A stretch of 64,000 nt of DNA from Octopus vulgaris (GCA_951406725.2 OX597829.1:14632001-14696000); one strand, 5' to 3'. Numbered from the stretch's first letter, positions 31,080-44,776 are shown. Made by a program: numbers and translations. The notes: a model not told the origin generated them from the sequence alone.

Positions 31080-31440
31080 GTGGTGGGGTAGGGTGGAGAG
31101 GTGGTACGTGAAGGGTAAAGAGAGGCGAGTAAGGGTGGAGTGAATTCAGGGAGAGAGGGGAGAGTCATGGTCAAAGGACCGTGCATGATAGGGAGTAGTT
31201 TGGATAACGATGAGGAGGTATCCACGTAGAATGAAGTAGAGAGCCAAGGCTTGAGACTGTCCCGAAGTCGTCACTGCAGAACCGGCGTAGACGGAAGAAC
31301 TGAGAGTTTGATGTGAATAGGGTAGGAGAAGTTGAGTAGGAGAGTGAGTCTGTGTGTTTGTAGTGGATGGAGGTGGTGAGAGAGGAGTGGTGGAAGCTAA
31401 CATAAATGTCAAGAAAGTCGATGGAGAGGTTGGAGACTAT
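31080..31440 (-). mobile_element. Penelope-like RT fragment
   Basis: SIDFLDIYV...LTTSIHYKHTDS...SQFFRLRRFCSDD. Confidence 0.75.
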
Positions 31441-31748
31441 ATACATATATACATACATGTATATATGTGAGTGTGTGTATGTGTGTGAGTGTACGTGCGT
31501 ACGTGTATGTATGTGTACGTATGTATGCATATTTATATGTATGCCTGCACGTAAACACAAAAAATTACAAAAACATACCTTTTCTTCCCAAAATTAAAAG
31601 AAGCTAATTCATCATAAAAAGACATGTCGTATATTATTCTCCACTCAAGCACAAACACCACTCTCAGTACAAAAGTAAATAAGAAATACATATCAAAATA
31701 AATATTAAAAGAGACATATAGATATAAGTATGTGTATTTAAGTTTATG

Positions 31749-31807
<59 letters not shown>

Positions 31808-31932
31808 AAGTATTTATATGTTTGCGTTTGTATGTATATGTATATTATAGCTGTATATTGCTCTTTTCTGAGTGCTTTGCCGCACGACGGAAAAACATAA
31901 TAACGTGTTATTGACTGAAAAGCTATTTATTT

Positions 31933-31970
<38 letters not shown>

Positions 31971-32819
31971 ATAAAAAAGGATGTGATCTTTCGTTGTTTT
32001 TCCTTTATACCTATGTGAGTTATTTCTGAGTATGCATTGTCTGGGAGACTTTTTCTTGCAGTAGAAGAAATAGCCAAATTTTTGGCTGCTATTTCTAAAA
32101 AGCTCAGTGTGTGGTATTTTATAAAATATATATATATATATATTTATATACCCACACATTCGATAACGGTTTGCTGAAAGGCAAACGATAAAAACAAATG
32201 AATGCATAAATGAAAAAAGTAATGAACAAAGAAACTATATATAATCTATAAATACAAAGCAATAGATAAGTACACACACATACATATTTTTGACGTCATA
32301 AACCTATGATAAACGTTCGGTGAAGAATGTGAAGCAGTCTTTTACGATGACAATATATTCAATACACTCGACTTATTGGTGAACGAGGTTCTGAGGCACA
32401 GGTGTAGCGACATGTGTTTCGTCATCTATAATCACCTGAACACATGAGCCTAAACTAAACCTCTGCCTCTGTTTATAATTTCAGCGATCGGTGCCGATAA
32501 AAAACGATTATTTGCACTGTGTACAGAGAAGTTTGGAACGATTATTGCATCATTATTTTTAATATGACTGGGTAAGTTCAGGTATAAAATATGCTGATAG
32601 TGTTAGTTATTAGTTAAGAATAATTTTTCTTATTTGGGACCACAGTGTGTTCGACACATTCGTCTCAACGGCGCACAAGATTCCGTGACATCGCTGTTTC
32701 GACATGTCTTTCGTCCTTTGAGCATAAGCCAAGCCGATGGTCGCTGCAATGTGTTCAGTAGTGCTAGAGCTCATTTGGTCATTAAGCGTTTAGGGTTGTG
32801 AAGCATAGACTCTGAACAC

Positions 32820-33180
32820 TACACATTTGAAGAGAACACAATGTGTTCGAAATGTAGGTGTATAGGAGAATGTCACAAGTCTCTTACAGGGTCTATTAGA
32901 CAAATGAATGGCTGTCACAACAAGCAGGTGAAAGGTGACAACTGAACATTGTGGAAGAAACAAAAGCTCATCTATTCTGACCATTATTAGAAGAAGCAGA
33001 GCCTTGGAAAACATTATCATGGTAGGATGAGTAGAAGATAGTAGATCAAAAGTCAAGCAAAGAAAGGCAATGGATGGAAAATATTACGTACTGATTGGAC
33101 AAGGATAGCAAAAGAGCTGGAGAACTCGCACTTAAACGGGAAATCATTCGTTGTTGCGCCATCAATGTGCTGCAGGCGTG
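32820..33180 (+). mobile_element. RTE/BovB-like LINE 3' fragment
   Basis: FEM*VYRRM, TNEW, KQKL, ALENIIMVG*VEDSRS, QWMENIT across frameshifts. Confidence 0.65.
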
Positions 33181-33979
33181 GAATATATGATGGCGTCAAT
33201 ATTTGAGCATTTAACATCTATCATCGAATATGGTGTAGAACAATGATGTGGTTATGAGCAAGTTTGCGTAATGTTTCTGCAACAGCCATGTAGTTAGTAC
33301 ACCATTTTAATAAAACACGTTACGGCGCATTGGATGCCATACATATTTTCCACAATATACCACTTGACAACCGGTGTTGCATTGCTTACGTCTCAATGAT
33401 TTAGCGGTTTAGTGTAATAGACCTATTTAATAGGTAACAGACATAGGAATAAGCCTGATAGTTGGTCGGCCGTAGACCAATGACTGAAACGATAAACCAT
33501 AAAAGAAGATATCTATTTAATTTCGGATAAATTTTCGCATATAAGTCAAAAGATATTTTTGGTTAGAAAAATTAGCATAAATAAAAATATAATTAACCAA
33601 GATCAGTCACTGAAATCTGCCAATTTCATGAAATACATCAATTAACTTTAAAAGTTCTGTAAATAGAACGGCGAGCGCAAGACTTTCATAGTTAATTGCA
33701 TCGCAATTATGAAACACAGATGGTTATTTTGATCTATAACTGCTTCTGTTGCATATCCATTCTATGCAACAGAAGCAGTTATATTTATTCAACCCCACAG
33801 TTAATTGCTATACCAGTGATTGTTCAAATACTGTTTCTCTATATGAATCAGAACATGCAGAACTAGGCGATATTGCAATCCCAGAGGTAGTGCCGGTGCA
33901 TGCATACGGAATTCAGATGGAAACAATAGCGATAACAAACAATACCTGTAACCACGAATTTTGTCATAGCACACTATAT

Positions 33980-34690
33980 GTGCTGGCGTGGCTGTGTGGT
34001 AAGAAGCTTGCTCTCCAACTTTATGGTTTTAGGTTCAGTATCACTGCGTGACATAATGGGCAAATGTCCTCTTCTATAGCCCCCTGGGTTGATCCAAGCT
34101 TTTTGAGTGTATTTAGTAGACGGAAAATGAATGAAGCCCGTCGTATATATATATATATATATCGCCATGATCACCGTGACCGGTTGCTACACATCGCTGG
34201 TCACAATGCGCTTCACATTGTTTAAGCCTTCAAATGATACCACCCCGCTGGATAAGCGACCAGGCCAAGAGAAGAAACTGAGAGAAAGTTGTGGCGAAAG
34301 AGTACGGCGGGGATCGCCAGCACCCCCTGCCGGAGCCGCGCGGAGCTTAAGATGTTTTCGCTCAATAAACACACACAACACCCGGTCTGGGAATCGAAAC
34401 CGTAAGGTCGCTCCAGTAACCACTGGGCCATTGCGCCTCCACGCACACAGAAACACACACACACACACATATATATATATGCATATGTATGCGTGTGTGT
34501 GTGTGTCTTTTGTGTCTAGGTTTGATAACCAGTGTTGGTGTGTTAATCTAGCGGTTCAGCAAGAGCTACTGATAGAATAAGTACCCAACTCTACAAAACA
34601 TAAGTACCAATGTTAATTTGTTCGACTAAAATTCTTCAAGGCTCAGCTATAGCATGGCCGCAGTCTAATGACCGAAATAAGTAAAAGATA
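33980..34690 (+). mobile_element. SINE A interrupted by an antisense SINE B (34162-34440)
   Basis: A head 33980-34145, B on minus strand inside A's internal microsatellite, A tail 34500-34690. Confidence 0.85.
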
Positions 34691-34907
34691 AAAGCTGCGT
34701 CAGTGTTTAGATGTATGGATGCGTGGTTCCTATAGGCTCCAACAGGGAATATATGTGCATCTAGCATTATAACCACTGCCAGACGATTTCCGTTTGCTAC
34801 TGTTATATTTGTACTATTAAGCATAGTTGTCGTGAGTGTGACTTTAAATAGCATCTAGTAGTGAGACGCTGGTTCAGGGACTCGAAGATTGTGAAGAGTG
34901 TAGAATC

Positions 34908-35136
34908 ACCTATTTTTTTATTACCCACAAGGGGCTAAATATAGAGGGGACAAACAGGGACAGACAAAGGTATAAAGTCGATTACATCGACCTCAGTGCG
35001 CAACTGGTACTTAATTTACCGACCCCAAAAGGATGAAAAGCAGAGTCGACCTCGGCGGAATTTGAACTCACAACGTACGACAGACGAAATATCACTCAGC
35101 ATTTCGCCCGGCGTGCTAACGTTTCTGCCAGCTCAC
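34908..35136 (-). mobile_element. SINE family C
   Basis: Family match. Confidence 0.85.
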
Positions 35137-35609
35137 TTAACAAGTATTGTTCCAAAGTTTACTCTGACGCGCAGTGTTAATGTCCGTCAAGGTCTCGACT
35201 ATAGGTTAATTAGCATGAATTAGAAGAAACTCCAAGCACAAATTCTCACTGCTTTTTCAGTTTGTAACAGAAGTTATCCCCGGACGAATTCCGTTGTTAG
35301 CTTTCCGTTATATATCTGCATTAAATATCATACACAGATGCCTATTTTGTTCTAGTACTGCTTCAGTTTCGCATAACTAATTTTTATTTCACCCGGGAGC
35401 TAATTTCAACACCATTGACTTTTCAATCACTGTTTCTTTACATGAATCAGAATGTGCAGGACCAGAGGGTATAGCAATTCCTGAGATAGTCAGTAGGTGA
35501 GCTGAGAATACATTTCTTAACGATGCATCGTTAGATACATAGATGTCTGTTTTAATCTAATATTGATAAACGTGTAGATATTTATATATATATATATATA
35601 TATATACAC

Positions 35610-35876
35610 GGAGGCGCAATGGCCCAGTGGTTAGGGCAGCGGACTCGCGGTTTCGATTCCCAGACCGGTCGTTGTGTGTGTTTATTGAGCGAAAATACCT
35701 AAAAGGTCCACGAGGCTCCGGCAGGGAGTGGTGATCCCTGCGGTACTCTTTCTTCTGTTGGCCTGCTCGCTTAGCCAGTGGGGTGGCGTCATTTGAAGGC
35801 TAAAAGAATGCGAGCGCATTGTGACTAGTGATGTGAAGCAACATCTGATAGTCTGGTCGGTCACGTGATCACGTGA
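35610..35876 (+). mobile_element. SINE family B
   Basis: Family match, TA flanks. Confidence 0.9.
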
Positions 35877-35909
35877 TATATATATATATATATACATGTA
35901 TGTATGTTC

Positions 35910-36896
35910 TTAGGAACACCTCTAATAAAAAGACTGCATAATTTTTTTTAAAAATCAAGGAAAATCATTGAAAAGGATAATAACTCTGTTAACTTCCTAG
36001 GCGTCAACTTCAATTTTAACACCAACATTACATACATAAACGTGCACAACAATCACCCATATAACATTACAGAAAACCTGACCACTAATATAGAGAGAAG
36101 AATAAATCTACGATCATCTAAAGGGGAAATGTTTAACAAACATAAAATCCATTATAATCTAGCACTTAAGAAAGCTGGATATAAATATGAAATAAGTACA
36201 ATAAAAATGATAGCACTAGTAGTAATCATATTAAACATAATCATGAACAACATAGATAATATTAGTGAATCCAAATCATCTGACGAATTATAAAACGTAT
36301 AAAAAACTCATAAACATAACATCAACAAAAAAAAACACGGCAATCATCACTACAATAACCATACTAAAAACGCAACCAATATGAGCACCACAACCAGTAT
36401 ATTTACTAACGAAAAGAATAAAATAAATTTTAGTAATTACCATCTTCCTAACCAGACTAATGTAAATAAACCAAGGATTACTAACAACAAACACCACAAC
36501 TGTATAATTAGAAATAAAAATAGGAACATTATGCCAATAAACACAAAAAATAAGAATAATCTAAACACGCCAAATTCCTTCAATAACATGCATAACTATA
36601 GCACTTAATTAATAAGGACTGGAATAAAATAGTAAAAAAGAAACCAATACCTTGTATGAGAACTGCTGACCCTCTAAACACAACCCAAGCTTATAATAAA
36701 ACAAACAATAAAACTACTACTTGGATTATAATCCTTTTTGCCAAACATTTAAAATCTAACTTTATTAGATCCATTAGAATGATAATTAATATAAACATTC
36801 AAAAACTCTGTATATGCTAAAATATTTGGATTTTCATTTTCTCCAAATCTTTTTAGAATAATTTCTTCTTTTAACAATAAAAAACTGGATCTATTC

Positions 36897-36956
<60 letters not shown>

Positions 36957-39390
36957 GTAATTAGTACCTCCAATAGTCCTACAATTAACGACAATACTGC
37001 TATTAACCATAACACTGTTATTCCAACAATACCACTAACTCAAAATGTAATTGTCGAGACCCAAATGCCTGTGAAGTAGATAGAGATTGTAAAATGAAAG
37101 ATGTTGTATACCAATCAACTATTTTAACTCAGGACCCCTCTAGATGCATGTAAGTGGGTTGCAAACAAAACTCAAATCGAGAATTTCTTTTAGGGACCAT
37201 CGAAAAGAGAACAGTACAGGACTATCTGAAAAAGATTGGCACCCCAAAAGAAACAATATCAATTACTCCATCTCTTGGAAAATCTTATCTTCTGCCCCTC
37301 TTATTGAAGCAATAATTAAAGTTGTAGGTTATGTTTAGAAGAAAGCTATAACATAATGCGAATGAATAGAAATTTAGGTAATACTATGGATGAAAAAGTT
37401 ATTCATGTAAACACAGGACCAAATTCCTATTCATTAATCTAAAATAACTCTTCACTCACCTTTAGCTTAGTTTGATCTTTTTAAAAATATCCCTATATAA
37501 TACCATTTACTATGGAATATAATTACTCATCGCATCCCCTTTACATTACTATATCTTACTCTATCTTTGTACATTTTTTCTTTAACATTTCCTTCTGACT
37601 AACGCATGACCCACCATATACAGGGCTGTCACTTAATCTATCTATCCCTACACTGTTCCCCTCCGAATGTTTGGATATAAAAAATTATATGTTTCCATAG
37701 TATGTAGTATAGCTATACTATTTTGTATTTTATTTGTATAACGTATCCATGAACTCCCTTTCTTGTACCTCTTCCCCCCTCTCAACATACATATTCTAAC
37801 TATTACTGATTTATGTTATTTGTTACTATACCTTATAATTACGTATATTTTACTGCTTTCATATGTACACATGAATGCACATGTACGACTTTTACATGTC
37901 GTACGTATTCTACATGTCTACATCCATGTATGCATATCTAGGTATGGATCTTACATGTACCTATGTGTGTAAATTTATAGATATGTATGTGATTACTTTT
38001 ATATGTAGGTACAACATGTATATTAATATGAACGTGTGTATCGGAGTATATATGAGCGTTCGCATATATATACATATACACACAATTTATTATGTGTGTG
38101 TATTTATATGTATATGTGTGTTCCCCCTCTTTTCGCACCTGTATGTGTATATTTGTACATTTTCTTTATATGTATACCATAATCGTATATCTACACGAAT
38201 TCTCATATCTATACTCTCGTGTACAAAATATGCCTCAACACACGCATGACTAAACATACGCATACTCTTCTCCTTATTAGATTATATTTCTTCGATATTA
38301 TGTGTAGATTTTTGTACTTATGTGTACTCTTCTACTCATATTTCTTTCTTATATTCATTCTGACACAGCACCCCTACAACTTGAATACCATTGCGACAAT
38401 ACTGCCATTCTAAATCCTTCTCACATAACACTAAGCTGGATTATTACCTCTGAAATAATCTTTTAATATTTACTAAAATACACCTTCTGTATAACCAACA
38501 TATCCCTATCCAAAGTTTTCTTTTTACTCATCCTTTTCTCCATTCATTTATCTCCCCTACATATATTTCGGTCTATTACACTACATTTTCCAATTCATTT
38601 TCTCATATTTATCAACACAGCAAGCAAATACTACTTTAATTCTAATATTAACAACTGCTTTTTCTGTTTTCACTTATTTTTTTCAACTTTATCATAAATA
38701 CGTGTTACCTAATATGATTTTTTATGCAAACATGAGTCCATTATATACATCATCTTCTATCTTTAACTCATTTTCATTCCTCTCTTTTTTCTACCATTTG
38801 TTTACATTAACTATCTGATATTAGCTTCTCATACGCTACTTCTTCACGCTAAACTTCATTCATATGTACAGAATTTAAAAAAAAAATACATTATACTACG
38901 CACTTATTTCAACGGTTAGTTCCAAATTTTAATTCAAATTCTGTACTGGCTCTCCATTAGACATTTCTAATACTTATTTGCCTTACGCTACTTATATGGA
39001 GCTAAAATTCTAATCTCCGTACTCATCTACAGAGGGAACGTCTCCGATACCTCTTTACTTATATATTCAAATAACCATTGAAGCCGTTAGTTATGGTTAA
39101 ATATCAGACATGACTACCATCTTTTTCTCAGCCGGATACCAATATGAATCTCCTAGATCCAATTTTTTCTGCTATATTCCTTTTTAAGTTCCTTGTATTA
39201 TGTTTTCTTTCTTTCCAGCACTGAAGAACACGTTGATATTTAATTAATTTAATTCAATCATGGATTTATACTATTATTATATCTATGTACGAAACGATCG
39301 TCTGCAAAAATTAAATTTCTTATAAATTTTAACAACTTGCCTCTTCCATTTTTAATACAATTCATGGGATCATTCCATAAACTCTTCATA
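35910..39390 (+). mobile_element. Decayed Naiad-type PLE: RT end, Asn-rich linker, GIY-YIG region, long 3' region ending in an HHR
   Basis: VNFLGVNF; NHPYNI..IERRI..SS..F..YNLALKKAGY; CNCRDPNAC...VVYQ; SFRDHRKENSTGLS..WKIL; CRLCLEE; HHR 39218-39305. The 3' extent is inferred. Confidence 0.75.
39218..39305 (+). ncRNA. Hammerhead ribozyme with long stem II region and palindromic stem III
   Basis: gca CTGAAGA ...63 nt... GAAA cgatcg TC tgc. Confidence 0.65.
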
Positions 39391-39471
39391 CATTATATAT
39401 ATGTACATATATCTATATATGTATTTATATATATATATGTATATATATCTGTATATGCATGTATATATATA

Positions 39472-39680
39472 GTTAATCCAAACATGAAAATACAAAGAGA
39501 AAACAAAACAACGCGAGGACGTGGAACAAGTATAGTATTATTGGACGCTCAGGAAAGTAGGAAAGAAGGAGGGTTTAACGTTTCGAGCGGAGCTCTTCGT
39601 CAGAAACATAGGAAAAGGAAAGATCCAAAGAAGGGAAGACGGAAGTAAAAAAATCGACAACGGTACATACGCGGTCACAT
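39472..39680 (-). mobile_element. Short HHR-bearing repeat embedded in (TA)n
   Basis: Unique ~210-bp block between microsatellites, containing HHR 39573-39607. Confidence 0.65.
39573..39607 (-). ncRNA. Minimal type I hammerhead ribozyme
   Basis: gttt CTGACGA a gagc-tcc-gctc GAAA cg TT aaac. Confidence 0.8.
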
Positions 39681-39722
39681 TACATATAAATATATATATA
39701 TATATATATGCATATATATTTG

Positions 39723-39787
<65 letters not shown>

Positions 39788-39899
39788 TACATATATGTAT
39801 ATATGTATGCATTTATATATGTATATATGTACATAATTATATATATATATATATGTGTGTTTGTTTGTGTGTGTGTGTGTGTGTGTGTATGTGTGTGTA

Positions 39900-40222
39900 A
39901 GTGTCAAGACCTCCTAATTTGCCATCAAGACATAGCAAAAGATATCGCAATAGCCAAGGTTTCAGAGGATCACGTCTCTCCAATATCTTCCCGAAGGGCC
40001 TGAGTGACCTGCAAGGGTTAGGTGTCTTCAAAATAAAGCTGAACCTCTTACTGTCAAGTGTCACAGATGAGCCAACTTAGCGTCAGGAGGTGCAGATGAG
40101 GGCAGCGGAATCAAACTTCGTCATGCACTAAATTCCTAAAAAGCAAAAGTAAAATTATATAGCAACAACAAATGGCGGTGCCCAGCATGGCCACAGCTCG
40201 TGTGCTGAAACTGGATAAAAAA
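39900..40222 (+). mobile_element. CR1-like LINE 3' end with SINE-A-like tail
   Basis: [37 protein letters not shown]; ends ggcggtgcccagcatggccacagc...ctgaaac. Confidence 0.8.
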
Positions 40223-40261
40223 ATCATATATATGTATACATATATATGCATATATGTGTAT

Positions 40262-40323
<62 letters not shown>

Positions 40324-40377
40324 TCTTTATATATATGTATATATATATAGATCTTTATATATATGTATATATAGATG

Positions 40378-40434
<57 letters not shown>

Positions 40435-40530
40435 CAAAAGAAAGCAAACATTCCTTAGCTACACACAAGACAAAATATTAGAAAGACAAATCAGATATTC
40501 CACTACAATTTTTTGCAAATTAGATATATC

Positions 40531-40562
<32 letters not shown>

Positions 40563-40847
40563 GCATGTATATATTACCAAAAAAACATGATTTTTATTGG
40601 ACGCAAAAAACATTTTGGAGTCCCGTTCTGATTACTTTCTTACATACTTTCTTGTAAACTGCTTTGAACATATTTTTATTATTATCAAAGAATGTATGTC
40701 TGTATTTTAATACTTTGTGATAACCTGTACTTAACACACCAAAGCTCATACAACAAAGCTTTACATTTTACTTTTGATAATCTTTTTCTAAAAACGTGAA
40801 ACCAGTCAAGTGAATAAACATCTTTAAAATTGCATTTTCATGTCTTC

Positions 40848-40892
<45 letters not shown>

Positions 40893-41214
40893 CATACACA
40901 CGTGTGTATATATATGGATATATAGATGCATTTATATATATATATATATATGGATGCATAGATGCATTTATATATATATGTATATATTAACATAGATTTA
41001 TATATATGTATATACATATATATATGTGTGTGTATATATATATACATATATAGATATATGCATATTTATATGTATATATATATATATATACATATATAGA
41101 TATATTCATATTTATATATATATGTGTGTTTGTAAACATGTGCATGTATATATGTAAAGATATGTATATATATATATATATATACATACATACATACATA
41201 CATACATACATACA

Positions 41215-41246
<32 letters not shown>

Positions 41247-41559
41247 CACACAAGAGCACTTATATATATAGATGTATTTCTATGTGTTGATTTGTATACA
41301 TATACACATAGATAGATAGATCTGTGTAACTACACACACACACACACACACTTATATATATATATATCTTATCCTTTCCTTGTTTGAGTCATCGGACGCC
41401 GTCATACTGGGGCACCACTTGAAAGAATATAGTCAAACGAAACGATTGTTGTATATGTTTTTAAGCTTGGTCTTTTGTCAAAGCGCTATTTTACACATGG
41501 GTTGCCAAGCAGTGGCGGGATTGAAACACTATGACAGAAGATATTCATATATTCAAAGA

Positions 41560-42680
41560 ACAAAGATCTGAAATCGCCTAAATAGGCCACAAATGGACAG
41601 TGAGGAATTCTATCTCAAACGAATACTGTTTGTGAAAAATGGGAAGATAAACGCCAAGGCTTTCTATTGATTTGCTAAAGCATCTGATTTAGTATGGAAT
41701 ACAATAAGACTACTATTTGAATTAAATGGCTCACTTACTGCAACCCCAGAGGATAAGTGAAATATTGAATGCGCAATGGAAAAGTGCTTTCACATCTTTG
41801 TTAGTACCTCTGCAAATAGCTACGCCTGATGAGTTCCTCAACCCCACTGCACTACACGAAGACACAGCAATTATCGATAGCATAGAAATAGAGAAAACTG
41901 ATATTATGTCGACCGTTGATGAAATGAGATAAAATTCAGTCACTGGTCCTGATGGGTTCCGCTGAAAGAAATGCAAAGGGATACAAGCAAGTCTACTGCA
42001 AATCCCCTTCCAAGGCTTCCTTGAAATTGTAGGCCCTCCCAGAATTTTAAAAGGGGTCGTAATAAAAGAGGAAGCAGTTTATATGCTAAACATTATAGGC
42101 CTCTTTCTCTAAGCTCACATGTCAAATCCTCTTCCAAACCTTCCTTGAAATAGTAGGCCCTCCCAGAATTTTAAAAGGGGTCGTAATAAAAGAGGAAGCA
42201 GAGTATATGCTAAAAATTATAGGCCTCTTTCTCTAAGCTCACATGTCAGCAGGCAAATTTAGGGAAGGTATTTTCACGATGAAGCTGAGCAGGTTACTAA
42301 AAGATAATCTCTTTCTCTCAGACACCCAGCATGGCTTCTGCTCAAGGAGAAGCTGCTTTACACACGTTTTGCAACATTATGACTGATTGCTGGAAAATTT
42401 TAAGTGCTTGTATGTTATGTGAAGTATCTCGATTTTACAAAGGATTTTATTAAGGTTGATATGTCACAAGCTGAAAAGACTCAGCATAGTTGGAAAACTG
42501 AAAGAATGGTCACACTTCTTAAAATATAGAATCCAGACTGTAGCAGCCGATGGAACCCTCTCCATGGTGACATAAATAACGAGTGGAGTGCCTAACGGAA
42601 AAATTTTGGAACTATTGTCTTTTGTTGTGTCGGCCACATTTACTGGCACTCTTTGACATGTCATCAATTATACAGGCAGC
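41560..42680 (+). mobile_element. CR1-like LINE RT fragment with internal tandem duplication
   Basis: ISEILNAQ, GPDG, KNYRPLSLSSH, QHGFCSRRSC, YLDF, TSGVP. Confidence 0.85.
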
Positions 42681-43189
42681 CAATATCTGTCATTATCCTT
42701 CATTTATGTAAAAAAAAAACCCAAATGTGTTTAGATGAGCTATTCAAAAGCAATTAGCGTGGTTCACCCCAAAACTGAAGAATCTGAAATGAAAAAGAAA
42801 GGACGTTACACAGAATAAAGAAAACATAACAATGGTGTTGTCATAGTGTGCAAACCAGTTGGGAAAAGTTTTATCAAAATCGATTTACAGAAAACCGAGA
42901 AATCCTAAATTTTACTCCGAAGCCATTAGCGTGGTTCTGGGAGTATATGTGTATATCTATGTATATAAGTGTGTGTATATACTTATATATAAGTCTGTGC
43001 AGAAAGAGGTTGTTCTTTCCTAAGGATATTTATCCAAGCGTACACCGGTTTAGCTCCATGTCAATTAACGATACTGGGAATTCCACATGCGTATATGTAC
43101 TAGTGTTTGTCGTTGGTTCTCCTCCGATAATTAGTAGCATGCACTCTTGAAATCCCTGTTGTCGATATAAATGTTTTCATATTTTCTTC

Positions 43190-43600
43190 TTTCTTTTATT
43201 CTTTTATTTACCTAAGTCATTTGACTGCAACCATGCTGGACACCACCTTTAATCGAGCAAATCAACCCAGGACTTATTCTTTGTAAGGCTAGTCTTGTTC
43301 TATTGGCTTCTTTTGCCGAACCGCTATGTTACGAAGACGTTAACACACCAGCATCGGCTGTCAAACAATAGTGGTGGTGGTAGTGGGACAAACACACAAC
43401 CACAGACAGACACACACACACACACATACACATACGACGGACTTCTTTCAGTTTCCGTCTGTCAAATCAACTCACAAGGCTGTGGTTGTCCCGAGGCTAT
43501 AGTAGAGGACAATTGTCCAAGATGCCACGCAGTGCAACTGAACCCAGAACCATGTGGTTGGTAAGCAAGCTACTTACCAAACAGCAATTGCGGCGTCTAT
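43190..43600 (-). mobile_element. SINE family A
   Basis: Family match. Confidence 0.85.
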
Positions 43601-44240
43601 ATAGGAGAGAAATTTTAACAATGGAAAGAAAATGGAGAATGTGTACAGTGAATAAACAATATATTTATTATAATAATAGTCAACTTATATTGCGAACGCG
43701 CGTTTCGGTTTTAATTACATAAATTCATATTGATACAATTAAATTGCCTTATGAATTTGAAAAACAAAAACAAAAACAAAACTTTCGTGAGGGCAAGAGT
43801 TTATTCAACTAAAGCTCTTTGACAAACTCATGCCTTTGATGAAGGTTTTTGCTTTTTCAACTTTCCAACCATCACCCGTTCGGGAATACCTTTATTTTCT
43901 CTTCAATACCAATTCACCTGGCGCTTCTACGTCTGTTTATAAAATGTTCTCACATTTGAAAAGAGTTACAAAAAAATAAAGATGGTACACGTAATGATGT
44001 GTCATATCGCTTAATCGTACAGTGGTCTGCCAGAACTTGAAATATACAAGGTACGGTTCGTGTAGCGGCTTGCTGTCCACTTTTTCCCATCTTCTAAAGA
44101 CTATTTACCTATTGTAGTGGGATATTAATTATATTTTTTAATAATTTTGTTACATATTTAAATAATATAAATTAATCATATGTATTGGCTTAAGTATTTC
44201 ATTGTTTGATTTGCCTAATAGTGGTTTTGTCTCTAATTTA

Positions 44241-44306
<66 letters not shown>

Positions 44307-44308
44307 TA

Positions 44309-44741
44309 TTGGCCTGCTCACTTAGCCAGCGGGTGGCGTCATTTGAAGGCGAAAAAACAATGCGAAGCGCATTGTGACCAGCGATGTGTAGCAACATCTG
44401 ATAGCCTGGTCGGTCGAAAAAATATATATATATATCACGTGATCACGTGACCGACCAGACCATCGGATGTTGCTACACATCACTGGTCATAATGCGTTCG
44501 CATTGTTTTAGCCTTCAAATGACGCCATCACGCTGGCTAAGCGAGCAGGTGAACAGAAGAAAGAGTGAGAGAAAGTCGTGGCGAAAGAGTACAACAGGGG
44601 TCGCCACCACCCCCTGCCGGAGCGTCGTGGAGCTTTTAGGTGTTTTCGCTCAATAAACACTCACAACGCCCGGTCTGGGAATCGAAACCGCGATCCTACG
44701 ACCGCGAGTCCGCTGCCCTAACCACTGGGCCATTGCGCCTC

Positions 44742-44742
<1 letters not shown>
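44309..44742. mobile_element. SINE B tail-to-tail pair: 3' fragment (+, 44309-44415) and full copy (-, 44435-44742)
   Basis: Family match on both strands. Confidence 0.88.
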
Positions 44743-44776
<34 letters not shown>

